Part shown: piece after piece, positions 1 through 10,227 of the stretch
How positions within the stretch are numbered: position 1 is the stretch's first letter
Layout of the letters: every line of letters begins with the position of its first letter
Assembly (NCBI RefSeq): GCF_006345805.1
Contig: NW_021825084.1
Span: 1-16,517 of the forward strand
From: Octopus sinensis
Lineage: Eukaryota
DNA length: 16,517 nt
Reading direction: 5' to 3'
Position numbers and translations under genes: made by a program
The notes under the pieces: model-generated
Seen by the model: only the letters and a program-made list of their open reading frames with translations
Told to the model about the DNA's origin: nothing
Databases searched by the model: none

Positions 1-402
1 CAGCGGTGACAATCACCTTTTGTCGATGTGAAGTGGGTCCCCAAGCCTAAAAAGATTGCAGCCACGAGCGAACCTACATCGACCTCTAGTGGGGTTTCTC
101 CTACCTCACCTTGAACGTAGGTCTTCCAAGGTATTTTTGTAGGAGAACCACTTCGTTTTCAGAGGGATTGTTGAACCACACCATTTGAACCACACCACCA
201 TTATCGCAAATCTTTTGCCCTTGGAAAGGTTTACAAAATCTTGCCAGATGGGCCTCAGATTCTTTTCCACATGCTCCTTCTCCGCCATGTCTGATCTTTT
301 ATTTTTAATGGACACAGTTTTAAATACCACCAACCATTCTCCTGGATGGTATACGAGTCAATTCGCAAGGAGGGATCGGTTTGATTTCATGCCCTACAAT
401 TT
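1..402. repeat. Copy A of a segment duplicated at ~2263-2664 (body of the minus-strand hammerhead-bearing element; its hammerhead falls just outside the window)
   Basis: Near-identical sequence, giving the same 75-aa and ~75-aa spurious ORFs in both copies. Alignment ends at gccctacaattt. Confidence 0.95.
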
Positions 403-607
403 ACGTTTGTTTACTACGCGCTAAGATTTTTATATTCCATTCATATTTTAAAGACGCTGTTTTACGCGGCGCTAATATTTTTATATGTTCGTTTCCATGG
501 TAACGCAATTTTGTTTTTGTAATAAAACGGATAAAGTTATTCACTTCAAAATTGATACTGATTAGAAGGATGTATATTTTTCTCCTTTGTTAATCTTGTT
601 ACTTATG

Positions 608-2007
608 ATAATCTGATTTCTATGGAGTATTTTATATATCGTATTATGTGTAGAGATGTTGTTTTCTTTTGTATGTTTATGTATGTGTGAATTTGTGTGC
701 GTGTGCGTATTTGATTGTATCGAGTTTTGTACGTATTATTTGTATGTGTGAGTGTGTATATGGTTATGTTTGTGGGTGTGTGTATATATGTGTGTGTATA
801 TATGTGTGTGTATATATGTGTGTGTATTTATGTGTATTGTGTAACGGGTTGTATCTTTATATTTATACTTGTATGTATGGATTTTATTTATCATGATTAT
901 TTTACTAAGAATTTTTTGTATGTAGGTATGGGTGTGTATGTATGTTAGAGTGTATAAGTGTAAGTGTAGATGTGGGAGTGTATGAGTGCTATGTATTGGG
1001 TGTGATTATTTATGCACTTTATATAGTAAGTTTTGAATGTGCGTGTGATTGCACTCGTCTGCGTGTAACACACTCTTTTATATATATATTAATATATATG
1101 AGTTTTCGTTTTTCATGGTCGTTTTATTAAAGTTTGTTTGTATCGGGACTTGTACGTATGTATATGTATGTGTGAGTGTGTATATGATTATGTTTGTGGG
1201 TGTATATTTATAAATGTGTGTGTATTTGTGTGTATTGTGTTAGGGTTTGTATAGTTATATTTATACTTGAATGTATGGATTTCATTTCCATTCATAATTT
1301 TTTTAAATGTTTGATATCCACGTGCTAAGAATTGTTCGGTTTTCTTTTGAGTGTTTATGTATGTGTGAAAATGTGTGTGTGTGTGTGTGATTGTTTGCGT
1401 AATTTATTTATATGTATGGGTGTGGGTGTTTATATATTGGTATATATCGTGTTCTGTATGTATGTGTATGTATATGTATGTGTGAGCGGGTATATGTATA
1501 TTGTTTTATGAATTAGTGTTGTATGTGTGTGTGAGGAAGTATGAATAAGTAATGTGTTGAGTGTATGAGCATGTATGTGTATATATAGTTTTATTTTTGT
1601 TTTTTGTTTTTTGTTTTTAGGTTTGTTTTTGTTTTTTGCTTGTTGTTTTTGGTTTTTGTACATTTTTAAATATGAGAATTTTTATAATAGGTTTTTATAT
1701 TCATTGTTTATAGGGTTAATTTTAGATTATTTTAGATTATATATTGATTATATATAGATTATATATAGATTATATATAGATTATAGTTTTTATTTCTTTC
1801 ATTGATATTTTATAATTTTATTGTTTTATTATATTAAGTTATTTAAATTATATTTTAAATATTGCTATTCTTAGATCGAAAATCCCCCTGAAGATTGTCG
1901 GAGCAGACATGAAACATTTGTAGTGGCGGTTTATTTCTTTATATTAAAATTTTATGTATTGATTAAGTCTTTCCTTGTTTGGTTTTAAAATAGTGTTTTG
2001 TCTCGAA
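608..2007 (+). repeat. Copy A of a ~1.4 kb TG-rich low-complexity block ending in a hammerhead plus tail
   Basis: Colinear with 3192-4545 from ataatctgattt to gtctcgaatta. Differences are mostly 1-bp indels. Confidence 0.9.
1884..1926 (+). ncRNA. Duplicate of the 4419-4460 hammerhead with a helix I mismatch
   Basis: CCCC-CUGAAGA-U-UGUC-GGAGCA-GACA-U-GAAAC-AUUU-GU-A-GUGG. Confidence 0.55.
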
Positions 2008-2008
2008 T

Positions 2009-2100
<92 letters not shown>

Positions 2101-2135
2101 GATATATATATTATATATATATTATTAGATATATA
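2008..2135. repeat. (TA)n microsatellite
   Basis: Read directly from the sequence. Confidence 0.95.
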
Positions 2136-2935
2136 CCGTGAAGTATATTTGCCACCTAAATGTGGGTAACCATTAAGGTGGAAACTACTGTAGCTTGTAA
2201 CCCCAGGAAGGTTCCTTGACGTGATATACACGAACCCGGGTTTCGGAGTATTGACCCGTCATCAGCGTGTGACAATCACCTTTTGTCGATGTGAAGTGGG
2301 TTCCCAAGCCTAAAAGATTGCGGCCACGAGCGAACCTACATCGACCTCTAGTGGGGTTTCTCCTACCTCACCTTGAACGTAGGTCTTCCAAGGTATTTTT
2401 GTAGGAGAACCACTTCGTTTTCAGAGGGATTGTTGAACCACACCATTTGAACCACACCACCATTATCGCAAATCTTTTGCCCTTGGAAAGGTTTACAAAA
2501 TCTTGCCAGATGGGCCTCAGATTCTTTTCCACATGCTCCTTGTACGCCATGTCTGATCTTTTATTTTTAATGGACACAGTTTTAAATACCACCAACCATT
2601 CTCCTGGATGGTATACAAGTCAATTCGCAAGGATGGATCGGTTTGATTTCATGCCCTACAATTTGTAGTAAACCTTTAAATTTATCGAGTCCTTTCCTTT
2701 CGATTACCACATCTTCCTTGGTGACACTGGTTACTGCCGCAAAATTGTTAACACTTTGGTGTGGTTCTCTGGGCCGTGTAAAGATGCAAGCACCATAAGT
2801 AAGTTCAATTCTAGAACCATTTGTGTAGTGGACATGAACTGGTCTGTACCGGTGTGTAGGAAAAAGCCTGGAGGCTCTGAATGTATAATAACTGGATGTA
2901 GAATATTTGAATAGACGTGGAATAGATATAGAATT
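2136..2935 (-). mobile_element. Probable Penelope-like element remnant (3' terminal repeat with hammerhead) between microsatellites
   Basis: GC-richer block bounded by (TA)n and (TACA)/(CA)n and containing the 2228-2270 hammerhead. I recognised no RT or GIY-YIG motif, so the class rests only on the ribozyme. Confidence 0.5.
2228..2270 (-). ncRNA. Minimal type-I hammerhead ribozyme (Penelope-like-element type)
   Basis: Minus strand reads ACACG-CUGAUGA-C-GGGUCAAUACUCC-GAAAC-CCGG-GU-U-CGUGU. Helix I is 5 bp (ACACG/CGUGU), the core boxes are intact, helix III is the palindrome ACCCGGGU, and the cleavage triplet is GUU. Confidence 0.8.
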
Positions 2936-3043
2936 TCTATATATGCATACATACACATATACATACATATGTATATGTGTATGTATACATACACACACAC
3001 ACGCACATCGTTAGCCACTACACACCTTTTTTCTCTCCTTGTT

Positions 3044-3079
3044 TTTTCTGTAGAAGAGCGTAGGCTCGAAACATAAAAG
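3044..3079 (+). ncRNA. Variant or degenerate hammerhead-like motif
   Basis: UUU-CUGUAGA-A-GAGC-GUAG-GCUC-GAAAC-AU-A-AAAG. Helix II is perfect, but the core reads CUGUAGA and helix III is almost absent. Confidence 0.35.
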
Positions 3080-3191
3080 ACTTTTTCTATTCCTGAGCGT
3101 TATACTAATACACCTTGTTTGTTTTGTACACCACCTGTCTTCGTCTTTTGTTTTTTCGTAAACTCCCCACCCCACCCCCATATAAATATAT

Positions 3192-4544
3192 ATAATCTGA
3201 TTTCTTATGGAGTATTATATATCGTATTATGTGTAGAGATGTTGTTTTCTTTTGTATGTTTATGTATGTGTGAATTTGTGTGCGTGTGCGTATTTGATTG
3301 TATCGAGTTTTGTACGTATTATTTGTATGTGTGAGTGTTATAAGGTTATGTTTGTGGGTGTGTGTATATATGTGTGGTATTTATGTGTATTGTGTAATGG
3401 GTTGTATCTTTATTTTATACTTGTATGTATGGATTTTATTTATCATGATTATTTTACTAAGAATTTTTGTATGTAGGTATGGTGTGTATGTATGTGTGAG
3501 AGTGTACAAGTGAAGTGTAGATGTGGGAGTGTATGAGTGCTATGTAATTGGGTGTGATTATTTATGCACTTGTATATATGTAGTTTGAATGTGCGTGTGA
3601 TTGCACCCGTCTGCGTGTACACACTCTTTTATATATTATATATTATATATGAGTTTTCGTTTTTCATGGTCGTTTTATTAATTTGTTTGTATCGGACTTG
3701 TACGTATGTATATGTATGTGTGAGTGTGTATATGGTTATGTTTGTGGGTGTTGTATATATGTGTTGTGTATTTGTGTGTATTGTGTTAGGGTTTGTATAG
3801 TTATATTTATTACTTGAATGTATGGATTTCATTTCCATTCATAATTTTTTAAAAATGTTTGATATCCACGTGCTAAGATTGTTCGGTTTTCTTTTGAGTG
3901 TTTATGTATGTGTGAAAATGTGTGTGTGTGTGTGTGTGTGATTGTTTTCGTAATTTATTTATCTGTATGTGTGTGGTGTTTATATATTGGTATATATCGT
4001 GTTCTGTATGTATGTGTATGTATATGTATGTGTGGAGCGGGTATATGTATATTGTTTATGAATTGAGTGTTGTATGTGTGTGTGAGGAAGTATGAATAAG
4101 TAATGTGTTGAGTGTATGAGCATGTATGTGTATATATAGTTTATTTTTGTTTTTTGTTTTTAGGTTTTGGTTTTTGTTTTTTTGCTTGTTGGTTTTTGGT
4201 TTTTGTACATTTTTAAATGAGAACTTTTATAATAGGGTTTTATTTCAATTGTTTATAGGTTAATTTTAGATTATTTTAGATTATATATTGATTATATATA
4301 GATTACATATAGATTATATTTTTATTTTTTTTACATTCTTCATGATAATTTTTATGTTTTATTATTTTAAATTATTTTAAATTATATTTTAAAATATTGC
4401 TATTTTTAGATCGAAAATCCACCTGAAGATTGTCGAGCAGACATGAAACATTTGTAGTGGCGGTTTATTTAATTTATATTAAAATTTTATGTATTGATTA
4501 AGTCTTTCCTTGTTTGGTTTTAAAATAGTGGTTTTGTCTCGAAT

Positions 4545-4545
<1 letters not shown>
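3192..4545 (+). repeat. Copy B of the ~1.4 kb TG-rich block
   Basis: Colinear with 608-2007. Confidence 0.9.
4419..4460 (+). ncRNA. Minimal type-I hammerhead ribozyme
   Basis: CCAC-CUGAAGA-U-UGUC-GAGCA-GACA-U-GAAAC-AUUU-GU-A-GUGG. Helix I is CCAC/GUGG, helix II is UGUC/GACA with a U-U at its base, and the triplet is GUA. Confidence 0.65.

Positions 4546-4583
<38 letters not shown>
4546..4583. repeat. (TA)n microsatellite
   Basis: Read directly from the sequence. Confidence 0.95.
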
Positions 4584-4587
<4 letters not shown>

Positions 4588-4731
4588 ATTTCAGCAAAAC
4601 AATTAAGATTCAAATGAATTCAAATGAATATGGTACTTAACTTAGATGCACCAGAATTCTTTATGGTATTAACCATAAAAATATGTGGGGTGATTATAAC
4701 CAGGAAAAAAGTAACAAGAATGGATCAGTAG

Positions 4732-4818
4732 TTTGGTACAATTGTTTCATACTAAGAACATTTTATTTAAAGCTGCAAATATTACAGCAAATATAATGTC
4801 AAGTATTCATCAGCTAAA
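4732..4818 (-). ncRNA. Type-I hammerhead ribozyme with long helix II
   Basis: Minus strand reads UUUAG-CUGAUGA-[AUACU...AGUAU, 58-nt hairpin]-GAAAC-AAUU-GU-A-CCAAA. Helix III is the palindrome ACAAUUGU, the triplet is GUA, and helix I has one mismatch. Confidence 0.75.
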
Positions 4819-6006
4819 TCACATATATGTTTTCCAAACATCCTTTTTTCCTGGTTATATATATATATATAAATATATATATATATCTATATGAAAAATG
4901 ACAACAGGTAAAGAACAAGTTTTAACAAATATATAATATTAACGCTTAAACAAAATAGGAAAGCATCACATTTCAAACGTTAGTTATTCGTCAAAGAAAA
5001 ATAAAAGAATGAGAAAGGGTGATTAGAGAAATGCTTATGGGCCGTGTGGAATGAGCTTCTGTGGGGGAATTTAAGGGAGGTGTGTGCGGTGGTTCGGGGT
5101 GCTTTGGTTTCGAGGGCTGCATATGTGTATGGAGGTGTGCAAGTGTGCCAGTTTAGATTTGCAGGAGAGTGTGAATGGATGGTGTGTGGATGTAATCATT
5201 ATATTTAGGAGGAAGGTGAGGGGTTTAGGAGAATCTGACAGGCCCGTGTGTGAGGTGAAAGAGAAAGTATAAAGTATGTAGTATTTTAAAAAATAAGAAC
5301 AAAATATTAGGATAAAGTTGTGTATTTAAAAATAATTATAGAAATAGTAAAATGAAAAGACTGGATTTTATGTAAGATGTGCAACACCTAGAGAAAGTAA
5401 TCAAAGAAGCATAATATATGGATGAGAGAAAGATGTCGAAGTAGATAATGACAGAAAAACAAATGGGGAATCAAAAGATAAAGTACTTTGTGGTTAAACG
5501 TTGAAGAAAAACAGTTTCATATATAGGAAAAAATATATAAAAAAAAAGGAAAATAATTTTAAAAATGAAAAATAAAGGAACACAAATGATGAGTAAGTCA
5601 GAATTACAAGATAGCTGTAAATTGTTCATCGCACTTGTGGTTGATGTCTCGTTGCAGAGGAGAGGCCTACAAACAACTGTAGTTGAAGAGAAACCAGGTT
5701 GGATTACCAGGTAATAGAGAAGATATAAAGAATCTCTGAGTACTGGCAACTATGAGCCTTTTCGTTATAATGGGTTCAAAAAGTTAGTAATTTTTATGAC
5801 GCTTTAATGTAGTTGTAGACTTATTGTATATTCATTCACCAAGGGTTCCAATCACCAACACGTAATCCAGCAATCTGTCTTCTCACTGGCTTCTGCAACT
5901 CTCTCCTTAATATATGGCTGCGTATACGACACTATCCTCTTATTTATACATTTCAGAACCGATTCACGTTGGAAGTTTGACTGCTCTGAGAGTCAATATA
6001 TATTTA

Positions 6007-6400
6007 CTAGCAGTATCGCCCGGCGTTGCTCGGGTTTGTAAGGGAAATAATTATATAAGCATTTTTAGAGAGTTATAGCCAAAAAATAGCAAAAAAATGC
6101 ATTAAAAATGGAAAAAAATGATGGTAATTTTTTTTTAAATCGTTGACTCATCGTAGACATTTTTAGAGAGTTACTTCCCTTATATAATGGCGAAAAAATG
6201 CATCAAAATGGAAAAAAATGATGGTAAATTTTTTTAAATCGTAGACTCATCGTAGACGCGCGCTAATACCCAGAAGGGCTCGATATGAATCACGACTACA
6301 AGATACCCGGTTTTGGTTAAACTGCACCGCAAAATATGGGAGTAGTTAGGAATCTAAATCGTAGGAGATAGACACACAACTTCTCTTTTATATATAAAGA
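6007..6400 (-). mobile_element. Non-autonomous Helitron
   Basis: Minus strand begins TCTTTATATATAAAAG and ends with hairpin CCCG-AGCAACGC-CGGG (6019-6034) followed by CTAG. It sits between A (6401) and T (6006) with no TSD, and has an internal ~100-bp tandem duplication (6060-6157 / 6158-6257). Confidence 0.85.
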
Positions 6401-6469
6401 TTACCGTCTTCCCTCCCCACTTTTTGTTTTACTTCCTAGGGGAGAAAATGGAATATTTTGTCTTTTGTC

Positions 6470-6504
6470 TAATAATAATAATAATAATAATGATAATAAT
6501 AATG

Positions 6505-6536
<32 letters not shown>
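6470..6536. repeat. (TAA)n microsatellite
   Basis: Read directly. Further (TAA)n tracts lie at 6881-6900, 7584-7612 and 7945-7993. Confidence 0.95.
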
Positions 6537-6880
6537 TTTGTTGTGACCCTCTTTGGTCATGACTGACCGTGAGTTTGCACCAGGAAAGTTACCCTCCCAG
6601 GCACAAGTCTGGGCAAGATTGTTTATGGAAGACCAGCAGTCGCCCATGCATACCAGCCTCCCCTCTCCACGCCACCAGTGTTATCCAAGGGAAAGGCAAA
6701 GGGGCCGATACAGCTTGGCACCTGTGACGTCGCAACTCATTTCTACAGCTGAGTGAACTGGAGCAACGTGAAATAAAGTGTCTTGCTCAAAAACACAACA
6801 CACAGCCCGGTCCGGGATTCGAGCTCACAACCTCACGATCATAAGCTCGACGCTCTAACCCCTGAGCTATGCGCCTTCAC
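6537..6880 (-). mobile_element. tRNA-derived SINE (CORE-like central motif)
   Basis: Head GGCGCATAGCTCAGGGGTTAGAGCG (A box) ... GCTCGAATCCCGG (B box), then TTGAGCAAGACACTTTA. Flanked by (TAA)n on both sides. Confidence 0.85.
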
Positions 6881-6900
6881 TAATAATAATAATAATAATA

Positions 6901-7582
6901 CACGATAGAGCTGCACAATATATTCACTGGGTAATCTGTAAAAACCTGGATTTGCCCCATGAAAAAAAACTGGTGGGAACACAAACCACCCCCAGTGCTT
7001 GAAAATGACCACATCTCACTCCTCTGGAACTTCACCATTCAAACTGACAGGAAGATAGATGCAAATAGGCCAGACATCATATTGAAACTTCAAACAAAGA
7101 CATGCCTCCCTCATTGATATGACTGTCCCAATCGATATAAACGTATCTGTCAGGACCTACCAAAAACTGAGCAAATATAAAGATCTTGAAAAGAAATCAG
7201 CAAAATGTGGAAGCTGAAGACTAAAACAATACCTTTGTTCATAGGTGCCCTGGGAATGATAGCAAAAGGGGCTGATAGCTACCTAACTCAGATACCAGGG
7301 AACCCAAAAATGGCAGAAGTTCAAAAGATAGTGCTCATGGAACTGCTCATATCCTACGCAAATACTCTCTATGTAATCTCAAGGTTTAAAACAAACATAA
7401 TTTTCGGTTTAAAAAAAAAAAAAAACTTTTTTTTAGACATTCATTAGTACAACATCCCCACCCCCCAAATATATGGCACACTAGGCATTACACACAACAT
7501 GAACTTCCAACCTGTTGTCTCTTGAGGTCTCTGGGTGAGACTTGGAGCCAACTTGTACAAATATAAAGCAAAAGTCAACATA

Positions 7583-7583
<1 letters not shown>
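6901..7583 (+). mobile_element. 5'-truncated R4/Dong-clade non-LTR retrotransposon 3' end (restriction-like endonuclease remnant plus 3' UTR)
   Basis: Frameshifted translation HDRAAQYIHWVICK..WWEHKPPPVLEND..LLWNFTIQTDRKIDANRPDII..LIDMTVP..QKLSKYKDL..MWKLKTKTIPLFIGALG shows the RHD / RPD..D..K-KY pattern of RLE LINEs. It is embedded in (TAA)n, the known Dong target. Confidence 0.85.
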
Positions 7584-7611
<28 letters not shown>

Positions 7612-7614
<3 letters not shown>

Positions 7615-7933
7615 GGTGCCCTGGAATGATAGCAAAAGGGGCTGATTGCTACCTAACTCAGATACCAGGAACCCAAAATGGCAGAAATTCAAAAGATAGT
7701 GCTCATGGGAACTGTCATATCCTACGCAATATACTTTCTGTGTAATCTCAAGGTTTAAAACAAACATTTTTTTTCTTTTTTAGACATCCACTAGTACAAC
7801 ACCAAAAAAAAAAAGAACCACCAATATATGGCCAACTAGGCATAACAACAACGTGAAATTCCAACCTGTTGTCTCTTAGGTCTCCGGGTGAGACTTGGAG
7901 CCAACTTGTACAAATATAAGCAAAGTCAAACAT
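7612..7933 (+). mobile_element. Second, shorter 3' fragment of the same R4/Dong element
   Basis: Repeats ~7241-7583 (ataggtgccctgg...aaagtcaa). Preceded and followed by (TAA)n/(AAC)n. Confidence 0.85.
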
Positions 7934-8264
7934 ATAACAACAACAATAATAATAATAATAATAAAATAATATAATAATAATAATAATAATAATAGGTGTT
8001 GAAGAAATATTTGTGATCACCTCAGTTAGCACTCCATGTAATGAACAGAGTGTCTTTTGAAGAATATAATAATCCACATGGGATGAGATATATCACGTAA
8101 TATGCACAAACTGTATATCCAAAGTTATTTGCCAGTTGACAGACTGGAACATTGCACAGAGAGTTCAACACAAGTTGTCTTGAGATCCGATGTGAGACGA
8201 TTATTCCACAAATTCACTGATGAATCCCCATTACTTGACTGATCGATTATGCGTATAAAACATT

Positions 8265-8673
8265 ACTCTCTCTTTCTCTCTTTTACTTGTTTCAGTCATT
8301 TGACTGCGGCCATGCTGGAGCACCGCCTTTTAGTCGAGCAAATCGACCCCGGGACTTATTCTTTGTAAGCCAGTACTTATTCTATCGGCTCTTATGCCGA
8401 ACCGCTAAGTGACGGGGACGCAAACACACCACCATCGGTTGTCAAGCAATGCTAGGGGGACAAACACAGACACACAAACACACACACATACATACATATA
8501 TACATATATACGACAAGCTTCTTTCTGTTTCCGTCTACCAAATCCACTCACGAGGCATTGGTCGGCCCGGGGCTATAGCAGAAGACACTTGCCCAAGATG
8601 CCACGCAGTGGGACTGAACCCGGAACCATGTGGTTGGTAAGCAAGCTACTTACCACACAGCCACTCCTATGCC
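8265..8673 (-). mobile_element. tRNA-derived SINE of an abundant octopus-type family, with internal TG/TA microsatellite
   Basis: Head GGCATAGGAGTGGCTGTGTGGTAAG..GGTTCAGTCCC, then CTTGGGCAAGTGTCTT. 3' end is GCTCCAGCATGGCCGCAGTCAAATGACTGAAACAAGTAAAAG(AG)n. Confidence 0.85.
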
Positions 8674-8750
8674 TATGTGTGACTTGGGTGCATTTACTCA
8701 TTTTCAAAATACACATAAGCAAATATATAGTTCTGTAAGAATATAATTCT

Positions 8751-8812
8751 GTTTTCTGATGAGTGTGTGGGTGCGGATGTCCTTACCTTCGAAACACGCA
8801 TGGAGTCGAACC
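8751..8812 (+). ncRNA. Hammerhead-like motif with imperfect helices
   Basis: GUUUU-CUGAUGA-G...(GGUG/UACC, GGA/UCC)...C-GAAAC-ACGCAUGGA-GU-C-GAACC. The core and GUC triplet are intact but helices I and II are weak. Confidence 0.45.
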
Positions 8813-8957
8813 AAGGACAGCTGCTGAAGGGGAATATTCCTTGTATTGTCTGTCTTGTACTCTGTTTTTTCGTTGTTAAAAAAGTCCGTTTCCATGTTTG
8901 TTTTTACGTTTTCGTTTTCCCGTTGAGTTCTACGTCTATTTGTGGTGTCCTGTACTC

Positions 8958-8988
8958 ACTCACACCACACACACACACACACCACACA

Positions 8989-9019
<31 letters not shown>

Positions 9020-9135
9020 CAATATATATATATATATATATAATATATATAATATGTATGCATGTAATATATACATGTAGATGTAGGTAGGTATATGTAT
9101 GTACTACATATATGTATGTATGCATATATTTTATT

Positions 9136-9172
<37 letters not shown>

Positions 9173-9200
9173 TAATATATAGATATATATTATATATATA
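8958..9200. repeat. Compound (CA)n/(TA)n microsatellite
   Basis: Read directly from the sequence. Confidence 0.95.
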
Positions 9201-9351
9201 TGGATTAGAAAAAACACTTTTTATCAATTCAAAATGAACAATAAAATTACACCATCTAGAAAATTATATATAATTATAAAATATAAAATAACAATAATAT
9301 ACGATGATTAAGTAATGTGCAAAATAATAAATAAAACGTATATATTTGGTA

Positions 9352-9374
9352 GAATAACGACACGTGTTTCGTTG
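9352..9374 (-). ncRNA. 3' half of a hammerhead, truncated by a (TA)n tract
   Basis: Minus strand reads C-GAAAC-ACGU-GU-C-GUUAUUC, with palindromic helix III ACACGUGU and a GUC triplet. The CUGANGA half is replaced by (TA)n from 9375. Confidence 0.45.
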
Positions 9375-10227
9375 ATATATATATATATATATTTATATAT
9401 ATCTGTATATGTATAGTATGATGGACGGATAGATAAAGATATAGTAGCAGAGTTTATAGATCTAAACAACGACGGTACTCAGTTGGTGGTCACATATTTC
9501 AATTGACGATTTTCATACTACATCTGTCCGTGTAGTATTGGTTATAATGATAGTAGTGGTATCCGAAGCAGTAGTAGTAAAAATAGTGGTGGCCGATGTG
9601 TTGGTTGTGGTGGTTGTAGCAGCGATGGAGGTGGTTGGACAAGTGATGGCGTTTGTGCGGGTAGCTGTGGTCATTATAGTGATGGTTGACGTTTTGGTGG
9701 TAGTCGTTGCTGTGGTTGTGACTTGTGGTTTTGTGGTGGTAATTATGATGGTATTGTTTATGGTCGGGGATAACTCTCAGGTATCTGACCTCCCTCTGTT
9801 TCAAGAAGGAACGGCACATCCCTTTTGCTACTGTTACGGCTCTTTGTTTATATCGTTATTGTAGATCTGTCGTTGAAAACCACTTCAATCAATCCAAGAA
9901 CTACAAATGTCCAGTTTACATTTCAAACATATCCAAACCAAATCACTGTTATAGCAGAAGTTCCACGATGTGGCAGAAATCTGATACTATGGGGTGTTCA
10001 GATCCACCCAAGCTGATGATTCCTCCCCTATTTCATACTGGACTTTAAAATCGTATTTTTAACATTCATGTTTTCGTATTTTGTTATTGATTTTTCTGTT
10101 TTTGATTTTTTATAAATTTCTAACCCTTACATATAACTACATTCACTTCATCCGATCACTATCGATGGCCACTTGCAACGGCATCCATTGGCCATTACTA
10201 ACTACCTTCCCTTGACCACTGACAATA

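Noticed and set aside
106-424. 75-aa and 79-aa ORFs (duplicated at 2368-2668)
   Set aside because: Non-ATG starts, no recognisable motif, stops upstream in frame. They recur only because the DNA is duplicated.
669-3838. Many CVY-, YI- and HT-rich ORFs (also at 8767-9125 and 15302-15955)
   Set aside because: These are translations of TG/TA/CA microsatellite-like sequence.
4960-4998. Possible further hammerhead on the minus strand (UUGACGA..AAC/GUU..GAAAU)
   Set aside because: The core is mutated, there is no valid NUH site, and helix I does not pair.
4890-6000. Purine-rich block and ORFs 5084-5272 and 5471-5749
   Set aside because: Probably more repeat debris, but I found no motif, terminus or splice pattern to support a call.
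6805-6876. tRNA gene
   Set aside because: It is the tRNA-derived head of a SINE and continues into the SINE body with no proper acceptor stem.
9499-9864. His-rich (minus) and Val-rich (plus) ORFs
   Set aside because: They are alternative frames of one GTN/GGT low-complexity tract, with no independent support.
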